A program made the translations under genes and the position numbers. DNA of 64,000 nt from a virus. The stretch's first letter is position 1; every line of letters begins with the position of its first letter. The stretch covers positions 82,906 through 146,905 of IMG/VR virus record IMGVR_UViG_3300017766_003354; one strand, written 5' to 3'. Shown one piece after another: positions 1 through 7,968 of the stretch. A model generated the notes under the pieces. The model ran no database searches and was not told where the DNA came from. It saw nothing but the letters and a program-made list of their open reading frames with translations.

Positions 1-578
1 AGTTGATTGATCCGAGGATGCGGACCCATAAGACCAAAATTTTCAATAGGATTATTCCCACGTTCTTCAATCATAGGCTCCATAATCTCAAAAAGATTAA
101 CTGGCCCTTTTTCGCTCATCTCAAAATCTCGAATCGTCTTATTGTAAAGCTGGTCAGCCTTTTCTACGATTTCAGAGTATTTTAAATTGGGGTCTGTCTT
201 TTTAACAAATTGAGCAACTTCTTTGCATGATTCGTAAATTTGCCGTCTGGCAGAGAATTTCTTTAACTCCTTAACAGAAGAAAGAAATACTTCTTCGCTG
301 ATCTTAAAAAATGCCAAACTAAAGACATACTCCGAAACGTCAATACAATCGGGGAAGGTTACTTTCAGTTGTTGAATTCTTTGAATAAGAATTGTTTCGT
401 CAATTGACTCCGCATTATCGAGGGCGTGACGCAGCAACTTAAAAATCGAAATATTGATTTTCGAATCTTCAGAATAGAAGTCAGACTCTTTGATAAATGC
501 CGCAATTTCCTCCCACTTGTGTTGATGTTGGAGGATTCCGCAGAGGACCTGTTTTTCGATTTCGTATGAAAATATCAT
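1..578 (-). CDS. dnaB: Replicative DNA helicase, DnaB family (N-terminal part, runs off window)
   Basis: Not in ORF track. Manual translation from ATG 578 (ATGA overlap with upstream stop): MIFSYEIEKQVLCGILQ...IKESDFY...RRQIY...EERGNNPIENFGLMGPHPRINQ, matching DnaB N-domain pattern and linker before the ATPase; lies downstream of recA. Confidence 0.75.
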   Translation of the reverse strand, partial: MIFSYEIEKQVLCGILQHQHKWEEIAAFIKESDFYSEDSKINISIFKLLRHALDNAESIDETILIQRIQQLKVTFPDCIDVSEYVFSLAFFKISEEVFLSSVKELKKFSARRQIYESCKEVAQFVKKTDPNLKYSEIVEKADQLYNKTIRDFEMSEKGPVNLFEIMEPMIEERGNNPIENFGLMGPHPRINQ

Positions 579-787
579 TGATTGATTGCGTTTTCTTCAG
601 CGTCTAGGAATAACTCCATCGCCCTTCTAAGGGCAAAATGGACACAGGAATTTTCTACCCGAGAAAGAATGGTCGGATCTCCTTTGTCGTTTACGGCGAG
701 AAGGATAAAACCCTTATTCGCTCCAGAAGAAGAACCAGTTGCGTCATAAAGTTTAGACAGCAGAGATTCGGGGATTGTGTTTTTCAT
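575..787 (-). CDS. Hypothetical protein (70 aa)
   Basis: ATGA overlaps with both neighbours. Confidence 0.7.
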   Translation of the reverse strand: MKNTIPESLLSKLYDATGSSSGANKGFILLAVNDKGDPTILSRVENSCVHFALRRAMELFLDAEENAINQ

Positions 788-1194
788 ATAATTTTTAGTG
801 ATTTCAGCAGTTTTATATTAATATCTTCCGATTCCAGCACTCTAATAAGAGTAATTCCATTTCTCTCACAGAAATCCTCTTTCATTTGGTCCCTATGGAG
901 TTGCCCAAGGAACTTCTGGCGATTCCCGCCATGGAAGAATGGGTTGTATTGGTAATGTTGATTGCCATCGACTTCAAGAGCAATCTGCCTGTTAGAATTG
1001 AAAAAGTCAAGCGTTAATCTTGTCCCAAGCACAGGAAATTCCTCGAAAACTATATCCGCAAACCAATAGGGATACAACAACTGCTTAACGCGGGACTGAA
1101 TCTTAGAGCGGCATTTCCCGTTCCACTTGATTAGATATTTGGTCGCGTGTTTTAATTTTGCTGGCTTGCCTGATTTTGCGGAGATAAAAATCAT
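784..1194 (-). CDS. DUF559/Vsr-like PD-(D/E)xK endonuclease
   Basis: EEFPV..RLTLDFF..IALEVDGNQHY..RDQMKEDFCERNGITLIRV motif pattern. Confidence 0.75.
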   Translation of the reverse strand: MIFISAKSGKPAKLKHATKYLIKWNGKCRSKIQSRVKQLLYPYWFADIVFEEFPVLGTRLTLDFFNSNRQIALEVDGNQHYQYNPFFHGGNRQKFLGQLHRDQMKEDFCERNGITLIRVLESEDINIKLLKSLKII

Positions 1195-1589
1195 AAGTTC
1201 AGCTTCTCCTTTATTTTCAATTCATTCTTCAAATCATCGTCATCAATCTCTATATATTCAAACCCATTCAAAACCACCCAATCCATTTTCTTGAAATCGC
1301 GTTTTGCGCTGGCAAGGAAGTTTGGCCGATTCTTGTGGAAGAATTGATTAAATTGGTGACTACCCTTGGGAGAAATCTCTACTACAATTCCGAGAGTAAA
1401 GTTGATCAAATCAATCCTCATTTTCGAAGAAGGAATATAAAACTCCTCACAAACAGAATGGCCCGCCCAATATGGGCGCAAAATATCTTTTACAACCTTC
1501 TGAGGATTGCTGACTTTTTTATCCCAATCTATGGAATACTTTGAGGTATTGATTGAGACTTCTCGGCCATATAGATTTTTAATTTTCAA
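1191..1589 (-). CDS. DUF559/Vsr-like endonuclease paralog
   Basis: EEFYIP..MRIDLI..IVVEISPKGSH..RDFKKMDW..NGFEYIEI; collinear with 784..1194. Confidence 0.65.
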   Translation of the reverse strand: MKIKNLYGREVSINTSKYSIDWDKKVSNPQKVVKDILRPYWAGHSVCEEFYIPSSKMRIDLINFTLGIVVEISPKGSHQFNQFFHKNRPNFLASAKRDFKKMDWVVLNGFEYIEIDDDDLKNELKIKEKLNL

Positions 1590-2688
1590 GGAAAAGTTTT
1601 AGGAATTTTTGGTATAGATAGTTCGTAATTTCTGGATTAGACTCCAGCCAATCTTTTAATTTAGCCAAACCTTGCAATTGAAAATCATCATCGCCGAGGT
1701 CAAACTTCGCCGCTTTGAGTTCTGATATAAAATCAGAATCAAATTTAAGCCAAGAACCTCTTTTCTCGATATATCCCCAAGTGACAAGAAGATCGGCAAT
1801 TTCATATTCTTTCCAGACAGATTTACCCTTCTTTTCTCCATGTTTAACTGGATATTTAACGATGATGTCGATTCTTTCTTTTACCCCTTTAGACAAACCT
1901 ACCTCGCAATAATGTCCAACAACTTTGCCCCCTTCTTCAATATTTTTATCTTTTGTTCGACCCTTGAAGTTCCACACTTGGTTTACTCCGTGAGTAAGGG
2001 CATTCGAGCCGCCTCCACCAACGGTTTTATTTTGGTTTTTGGGAGTATATTGACCCTCGACAGATGCTCTCATTTGACTCAAAACAAAGAGACAGTGACC
2101 TAGTTTATTGAGGATTGCTCCAGCCTTCTTAAAGAGAAGAGACATCAACAGTCCGCCAGCGGCGACCTTTTCTCCCTCTGCGGTAACTTTGTCGTCGTCG
2201 TCTCTGCGAATTAGAGCGTCCGCAGAATCAATACCAATCAAATATCTGAATTTGTTTTCGTTGTTCTTTACGAGATCGTTAATCATGTCAATGATTAACT
2301 CATAAATATGACTCTCAACAACAAAAATTGTTCCGACCTCCCAATCTTCAGGGGTATAAACAAATGTAGCGTCAATACGATCTACCGCTTCTAAATGTCG
2401 CCCTTCAGCATCAAACCACACTCCTTTTGAATTTTCGATTGTCTTGAGTCCATTAGCGATACAAGTTAGAACGCAATGAGTTTTTCCGCCAAAGCTTGCC
2501 CCATTGACTTTAATCCCGCCAGCCTTAAATCCTCCACCGAGTTCTGCATCAAATTGCAAAGATCCTGTAGAAGCCTTCCATTTTACTGTTTCTTGGAAAT
2601 TAAGGTGATCGCCTTTGAATTTTTGCATCAAAAGCTCCATTTGTTTTTTGGAGGTATCGCCTAAATCTTCTTTTTTCTTTGCTGCCAT
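1579..2688 (-). CDS. recA: RecA/UvsX-like recombinase
   Basis: STGSLQFDAELGGG, Walker A GASFGGKT, FDAEG catalytic Glu, Walker B IGIDS, SQMR, GGGSNALTH, IEKRGSW. Confidence 0.9.
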   Translation of the reverse strand: MAAKKKEDLGDTSKKQMELLMQKFKGDHLNFQETVKWKASTGSLQFDAELGGGFKAGGIKVNGASFGGKTHCVLTCIANGLKTIENSKGVWFDAEGRHLEAVDRIDATFVYTPEDWEVGTIFVVESHIYELIIDMINDLVKNNENKFRYLIGIDSADALIRRDDDDKVTAEGEKVAAGGLLMSLLFKKAGAILNKLGHCLFVLSQMRASVEGQYTPKNQNKTVGGGGSNALTHGVNQVWNFKGRTKDKNIEEGGKVVGHYCEVGLSKGVKERIDIIVKYPVKHGEKKGKSVWKEYEIADLLVTWGYIEKRGSWLKFDSDFISELKAAKFDLGDDDFQLQGLAKLKDWLESNPEITNYLYQKFLKLFLEN

Positions 2689-2692
2689 ATTG

Positions 2693-3061
2693 TTAGTCTA
2701 AAAATTTCCTAATGCTGAGAACCTTAATGTTCGACTTATCATCGCCAGATTTAACTCCCGTGTCCACGGGTTTTTCATATTCTTCGATCTTATAGTGGAA
2801 TTCTCGAAGTTTTTTGGCCAAATATTTTTTGCCGTCTTCAGTCTTAAACCACAAAATGTTGTTCAATTTAAATGGTGGTGGGCCGACCTTCGCCATAAAA
2901 TCAATCTCTTCTGGATACCAAGAGAAGATTTCGTGGACTGTAATTATGTCCACTTTATTGGCCTTGAATTCGTTGCCAACCCGCAACATGCGCCTCAAGA
3001 ATGCTCGCTTACTGAGCATCGAGTGTTTCGGTGGCTTGATTTTTTTAGCGCGTGTCGCCAT
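2693..3061 (-). CDS. Hypothetical protein (122 aa)
   Basis: In-strand ORF preceded by consensus sigma70 promoter. Confidence 0.75.
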   Translation of the reverse strand: MATRAKKIKPPKHSMLSKRAFLRRMLRVGNEFKANKVDIITVHEIFSWYPEEIDFMAKVGPPPFKLNNILWFKTEDGKKYLAKKLREFHYKIEEYEKPVDTGVKSGDDKSNIKVLSIRKFLD

Positions 3062-3068
3062 GTAAGCG

Positions 3069-3097
3069 ACTCTATTTCAATGGGTTGAAAATGTCAA
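3069..3097 (-). promoter_or_regulatory. Sigma70-type promoter, leaderless
   Basis: TTGACA-17 nt-TAGAGT, 7 nt before ATG 3061. Confidence 0.7.
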
Positions 3098-4152
3098 GGA
3101 GTTTTTTTAAGCCCTTGAATATCCCATGCGACCATCTGACGAACCAATTCTTTAAAATTGACTTTTGGTTGCCAATTTAATTCTTTTTTAATCAAGCTAT
3201 TATCTCCAAGCAGGGGGCTAGACTTCGATCTAACCAAAGAAGAATCTACTGTAACTAGCTTCTGACTGGCGAATTCAGCAAAGTCCGCCAAATAATTAGG
3301 AAGAATATAATATTCATTGAGTTTTTCTCCAACCCAAGTTCCTTCGATTCCCGCTGCTTGAAACGCTTGTTCAACAAATTCTTTTACTGTATGGCTCTCT
3401 CCTGAAGAAATGATATAGTCTTTGGGAACGGCGGCCTGCGTCATCAAAAATGCCGCCTCAACACCATCACCAGCAAAAGACCAATCCTTCTCAGTATTTA
3501 AATCCCCCAATTGAATTGGCTCAAAAGCTTCTCCTTTTTCCAAAGCTTTTTTAATTCTGGCTACTCCTCTAGTGATTTTTCGAGTAACATAAACAGGAGA
3601 TCTTTCAGTTGATTCTTGATTATAAAATATTCCGCTCACAGCAAAAAGATTATATTTTTGTCGATAAGTGTCTATAATTTCCCTAGCAGAATTCTTAGAG
3701 ACTCCGTAAATTGAATTGGGGTGTTTTGAAGTATTTTCGGTCTGCGGGTATTCGCCGCAATTACCAAAAATTTCAGAAGAACAAGCATTAAAAAAACGAC
3801 ATTCTGGACACAAACGCAAAATAGCATCAAGCATATTAAGAACCGATATGGTATTAATAGACATTGTAGCGACAGGCCAATTCCAACAATCAGGAACAAA
3901 CGCACTGCCAGCAAAATTAAAAAAGTAATCTGGTCGCTCTTTTTCTATTAGGCTAAAAATACTTGCCTGATCGGTGACATCTAAATGGACTGATTTAAAA
4001 TTAGGATTCTTATTTAGATAATGACTTGCAGAGGACCCTTTCTCCACAAATTCTGCCCCGACCACTTCAAACCCATAAGAAAGAAGAAGCTCGGCCATAT
4101 AACTTCCGAGATTCCCAGAAGTTCCTGTTACAATACATTTTAAAGGATTCAT
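3094..4152 (-). CDS. gmd: GDP-mannose 4,6-dehydratase
   Basis: TGTSGNLGSY NAD(P) motif, SSEIFG, YGVSK catalytic YxxxK, VTRKIT, LGDLNTEKDW. Confidence 0.9.
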   Translation of the reverse strand: MNPLKCIVTGTSGNLGSYMAELLLSYGFEVVGAEFVEKGSSASHYLNKNPNFKSVHLDVTDQASIFSLIEKERPDYFFNFAGSAFVPDCWNWPVATMSINTISVLNMLDAILRLCPECRFFNACSSEIFGNCGEYPQTENTSKHPNSIYGVSKNSAREIIDTYRQKYNLFAVSGIFYNQESTERSPVYVTRKITRGVARIKKALEKGEAFEPIQLGDLNTEKDWSFAGDGVEAAFLMTQAAVPKDYIISSGESHTVKEFVEQAFQAAGIEGTWVGEKLNEYYILPNYLADFAEFASQKLVTVDSSLVRSKSSPLLGDNSLIKKELNWQPKVNFKELVRQMVAWDIQGLKKTP

Positions 4153-4676
4153 ATTTTAATAAAGAAAGAGTTGAGGCCATCATCTGTGGTTGTCTGCAAC
4201 TGCAAATTATGCTCCAAGCAAAACTCATCTACAGCATCACAAACCTCAAAAAACTGCTCTCTATTATAGTCATGACCAGCTATAATTCCACCGCTCTTTA
4301 TTACCCTAAGTGATTCGGCCAATTCTTTCTTTGTGTGTTCGTATTGGTGGCTTGAATCTATGTAAATGAAGTCAAAATAGCCCTCTGGAAAACTTTTTAA
4401 AAATTCGACAGAATCACTCTTTTTTATAAAAACATTTTCGGTATTAGAAAATTTACCCTCAACCATTCTAAGAAGCTTGCCTCCATGATAAATTTCAATA
4501 TTATTTCCATTAACATCGCCGCTCTGAACGATCCCGTCAAAAAGATCAACAAGATATAGCTCTTTTGGTTGGCAGAGATTATATATCTCCTGAGAGAACT
4601 CTCCTTTAAAGACTCCCAACTCTGCAATAATAAGATCCTTATTTAAGGACTTCAGTAATTCTATTCTTGTTTTCAT
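4149..4676 (-). CDS. Class I SAM-dependent methyltransferase (Methyltransf_24-like)
   Basis: ELGVFKG, FDFIYIDSSHQY, IKSGGIIAGHDY. Confidence 0.85.
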   Translation of the reverse strand: MKTRIELLKSLNKDLIIAELGVFKGEFSQEIYNLCQPKELYLVDLFDGIVQSGDVNGNNIEIYHGGKLLRMVEGKFSNTENVFIKKSDSVEFLKSFPEGYFDFIYIDSSHQYEHTKKELAESLRVIKSGGIIAGHDYNREQFFEVCDAVDEFCLEHNLQLQTTTDDGLNSFFIKI

Positions 4677-5370
4677 TTAGAAATTTTTCCATTTTCTGTT
4701 TTTTGCCGAACATTGCGTTTTCAAATCCGCAAAAGTGATAAAGCTTTCGAAAGGCCGTAAAACAATTTTTGTGAGCATCGAAAACAGTTAAATAAGTAAA
4801 ATTCAAAGCTTTATTGAGATCGAATCTAGTCTCCTGAAGAACGGCGTAATTAAAGCTAGACTGCTCAAGAATAGCATTCTCCATAACGCTTTGGCTCTTA
4901 CAATTCTCAAATAGCTTTCTGACTCTGGCTAAAAACTCAATATTCTTAAAGGCAAACGACCCAGCATTGATTCCAAAAAAATGAGAGATCTTATCTGAGT
5001 ATCCTTGCGTAATGTCAAACGGATATTTAAACCAGTATCTTCCTTGCTCGCATGGAGCATTCATTAGCTTAGATTCTTGAGTTATAGATAATGGGCGATC
5101 ATCGAAAAGAAGTCCCAAATCTCCAAAAAACAAAATATCAGAATCTAAATAAATATACTGATCGTAGCCTTCTGGAATTTGATCTGAGTATTTCAGGAAA
5201 CCAATATAATTACCGCAAGAATCATCAACATATACTTTATGTCCACAATCACAATCCTTATCAGAAATAATGGCAAAATCGAACTCTCCATCAATATGAG
5301 ATAACATCATATCAATACATTCAATAGAACCATCCTTGAAATCAGAAACGGTATAAAGAAGAGTTTTCAT
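4639..5370 (-). CDS. Glycosyltransferase, GT-A fold (GT8-like)
   Basis: IYLDSDIL DxD, INAGSF, EQSSFN, LYHFCG. Confidence 0.75.
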   Translation of the reverse strand: MKTLLYTVSDFKDGSIECIDMMLSHIDGEFDFAIISDKDCDCGHKVYVDDSCGNYIGFLKYSDQIPEGYDQYIYLDSDILFFGDLGLLFDDRPLSITQESKLMNAPCEQGRYWFKYPFDITQGYSDKISHFFGINAGSFAFKNIEFLARVRKLFENCKSQSVMENAILEQSSFNYAVLQETRFDLNKALNFTYLTVFDAHKNCFTAFRKLYHFCGFENAMFGKKQKMEKFLNENKNRITEVLK

Positions 5371-5987
5371 CGAAGAAGTGATGAGATTTCATTTTGAGCC
5401 GTTCTTTGATAAACGGCCAGAATAGACCAATAGACCTTTAAATCGAGATCTTGAATTGCATAATTAAGCTGCCAGTCAAAGGGTGCGACTGGAGTTAAAG
5501 TATGATCAAAGATTTTCTGAGCAGATTTCGGATTCACCATATAGCAATGAGCATATCGGCTCGTCATCCATGGTGCTGTTTGAATAATAGTTGACCCCTG
5601 AATGTCTGCTTCTGGATAAGAACCAATAAATAACAAATCTCCATCGCCATCCAAAAAGTCTTCTGCGGCCAAATTGCAGAACTCTTTAAAATTGAAAAAA
5701 GGCTCCTTAATATCATCTTCTAGAATAACCCCTATGTTTTTTCGGGCACAAATTCTTTTTATAGCCTCTTGTTGTTTGAGATAGAGGGATATTTCAGCTT
5801 CATTTAAATATGAGCCATTTGCAGAATGCGGGCAAAAGGTTCTTTGGAAATTTTTTACTTCGGGGCTTTCTGGTAAAAATGATTCGATCCAATCAGCCTT
5901 GATTCTTTCTCGACTAAAGAAAGCCTCCATATATTCTGCTCTCTCTACAGCGGGCAGATGGTGCAAACAATAAAAGTCAATATCCAT
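5367..5987 (-). CDS. Glycosyltransferase family 25-like
   Basis: ERAEYM, EISLYLKQ, VILEDD, AHCYMVNPKSAQKI, PFDW. Confidence 0.8.
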   Translation of the reverse strand: MDIDFYCLHHLPAVERAEYMEAFFSRERIKADWIESFLPESPEVKNFQRTFCPHSANGSYLNEAEISLYLKQQEAIKRICARKNIGVILEDDIKEPFFNFKEFCNLAAEDFLDGDGDLLFIGSYPEADIQGSTIIQTAPWMTSRYAHCYMVNPKSAQKIFDHTLTPVAPFDWQLNYAIQDLDLKVYWSILAVYQRTAQNEISSLLR

Positions 5988-6757
5988 TAGATTGCAAGAT
6001 TATGTTTAATAGCTAAGGCGTCAAAATCCTCCAAAGAACGATGAACCTTATGTGGCGGCGGAACACCGCCCGACTCCAAGAGCCAATGCTTGGCCCAGAA
6101 GTTTTCATTTCTCAAAAGTCTCGCGTCTAAATTAACGTATCCTTCATGAACGACAAACGGAAAATTGCCGCTCTGCAAGTCTTCTAGCTTTTTTGAAAAT
6201 TGAGTAGATCTTGCTATATACCCGTTCGCATCGATCAGTTCACAAGAATCACTAACTTGAGTATTTATTGTTCCGTCTGGCTTTCTTGCATAATTCACAG
6301 GCCCACGAAACAAACCATCTTTGTGAATATACCATTTAGGAGTAATTGAGAAATAATGGTCTTTGTCTTTATATAAATTAATAGACGGAACCATATAGCA
6401 GTCAAAAAAATATTCCCCCAAAAGACCATAAGCCATCGTTGTCCACATGGGTTTTTGCCATTGTGGAATGTATTCGTCCATATCTAAACCAACCTTTATC
6501 TCGGATGTCGTAGATTGGAGGGCATTATTTTTGATTTTACCGTCAAGCCATGGATCTTTATAAGAATAATGAGATTCGACAATAACCAAATTTGAGAATT
6601 CTTCTTTTAGTTTTTTTAATTCCTCAAGAGTCCCATCTTCGCTAGTGTTTACGCAAATTACAACCTCGTCAGCGAAAGCGCAGAACCTATTTATCGACTT
6701 TTTATAGTCGAATCCGTTTTTGATCAAATTAAATGCGCTGGAATAAATAGAAATCAT
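5987..6757 (-). CDS. Glycosyltransferase family 2-like
   Basis: Start reassigned to ATG 6757 (ATGA overlap); FADEVVICVNTSEDGT, KNNAL, LDMDE. Confidence 0.8.
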   Translation of the reverse strand: MISIYSSAFNLIKNGFDYKKSINRFCAFADEVVICVNTSEDGTLEELKKLKEEFSNLVIVESHYSYKDPWLDGKIKNNALQSTTSEIKVGLDMDEYIPQWQKPMWTTMAYGLLGEYFFDCYMVPSINLYKDKDHYFSITPKWYIHKDGLFRGPVNYARKPDGTINTQVSDSCELIDANGYIARSTQFSKKLEDLQSGNFPFVVHEGYVNLDARLLRNENFWAKHWLLESGGVPPPHKVHRSLEDFDALAIKHNLAI

Positions 6758-7566
6758 TGCCATATAAAATCGTAATAAGCTTTCTGTCTTGCACCAATTT
6801 CTCGGCAAGAATCCATATTCAAACGACTCAAATCAAGATCAACTCTGACAACTGAATTCGGAATGATGTAAATTTGGCCTTTTCTGGAAATTTGATAACA
6901 CATATTACAGTGGTCACAATTAACATCTGCGCTCCATCTTACGGCATTGAAAACATTACTCTTAATAAGAGCAAACCCGCCGAACGCCGAAAGAACCTTA
7001 ATTGGCTTGCCGCTCTTCCAATCTTCTTGGTCTTGTTTTAAAAATGATGGACAGTCTGTGAAATAGATTCCTTTATTGCCAAAATTATCCCTATATGCGT
7101 AAACATCATAATAAGAATCAGGCCCGCCAAATGTTAAATCCTCAATTGGTTGGCGCACATTTGGAGTCACCATTACGGCGTCTTCAAGTGTGTCAAGCGA
7201 TAAAAGCTGAATCATGAAGTTCAACTTATTGAAACGAATATCAGAATCAATCAAAAGAGAGTAATCAGATTTATTTTCTCCAGCCAAATCTTTACATTTA
7301 TTGCGGCACTCGCAGAGGAATCTCATTCTTTCTGGATCGGTCACAGAGCCGAATTTCTTTGCGCCGAGATCTTCATATAAAAATTCACCTTTTCGAGAAG
7401 AAAGCCAATTTTTAATTAGTTCTCTGGTATTATCTTTCGAATCATTCTCATAAAAGAAATAAGAAAACTCAATTCTATGACTATCTTCAATACTTTCCAA
7501 CTGAGAAAAAAGCCTTGGAAGACTTTCTTCAGAATCTCGAAAGATGCAAAAAACAGAGACTTTCAT
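6754..7566 (-). CDS. GT-A glycosyltransferase, CAP59/Anp1-like
   Basis: FYENDSKDNT, RMRFLCECRN, LIDSDI, YYDVYAY, VLSAFGGFALIK, CDH. Confidence 0.7.
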   Translation of the reverse strand: MKVSVFCIFRDSEESLPRLFSQLESIEDSHRIEFSYFFYENDSKDNTRELIKNWLSSRKGEFLYEDLGAKKFGSVTDPERMRFLCECRNKCKDLAGENKSDYSLLIDSDIRFNKLNFMIQLLSLDTLEDAVMVTPNVRQPIEDLTFGGPDSYYDVYAYRDNFGNKGIYFTDCPSFLKQDQEDWKSGKPIKVLSAFGGFALIKSNVFNAVRWSADVNCDHCNMCYQISRKGQIYIIPNSVVRVDLDLSRLNMDSCREIGARQKAYYDFIWQ

Positions 7567-7751
7567 TAGAAAGGTTGTTCCCAGATTGGACCATGATTTG
7601 CCGCCTCTAGGATAGCGATTGCTTGTCTAAAGTCAGCGGCGTTGCTCGCCTCTAAGTCTGCTTGAGATTCGTCCCCTCGGGCGCGATTGATGGGTTCATT
7701 AGTTTCACATACTTCGAGTGCTATTTTTAGTTGGTCGATTGACGCTTTCAT
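7566..7751 (-). CDS. Hypothetical protein (61 aa)
   Basis: Preceded by sigma70 promoter; stop overlaps next start. Confidence 0.7.
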   Translation of the reverse strand: MKASIDQLKIALEVCETNEPINRARGDESQADLEASNAADFRQAIAILEAANHGPIWEQPF

Positions 7752-7757
7752 GTTGTT

Positions 7758-7785
7758 ATTATAGATTCGCCATCTAAATTTTCAA
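7758..7785 (-). promoter_or_regulatory. Sigma70-type promoter for glycosylation operon, leaderless
   Basis: TTGAAA-16 nt-TATAAT, 6 nt before ATG 7751. Confidence 0.7.
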
Positions 7786-7968
7786 GAAATTCTCAAACTC
7801 TGTTTCTCCTGTCTCAATCATTTTCAAAACATAAGGAACGCAATACTGACATTTTGAACAGCAGAGGTTCTTTTCTTTTAGTTCTTCTAGGGACTCTTTT
7901 TGGAGAAGAATTTGGATTTCCGAGAATGAAATATTATGGCAGATACACTTCTTTATCTGAGAGGGCAT
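7774..7968 (-). CDS. BFD-like [2Fe-2S] protein
   Basis: CICHNIS...CCSKCQYCVP (CxC...CxxC) spacing. Confidence 0.65.
   Translation of the reverse strand: MPSQIKKCICHNISFSEIQILLQKESLEELKEKNLCCSKCQYCVPYVLKMIETGETEFENFLKI

Noticed and set aside
3094-7566. Bacterial LPS/capsule locus (host chromosome or prophage flank)
   Set aside because: Embedded between phage-type recA/dnaB and nrdJ with the same promoter style; no export genes or integrase
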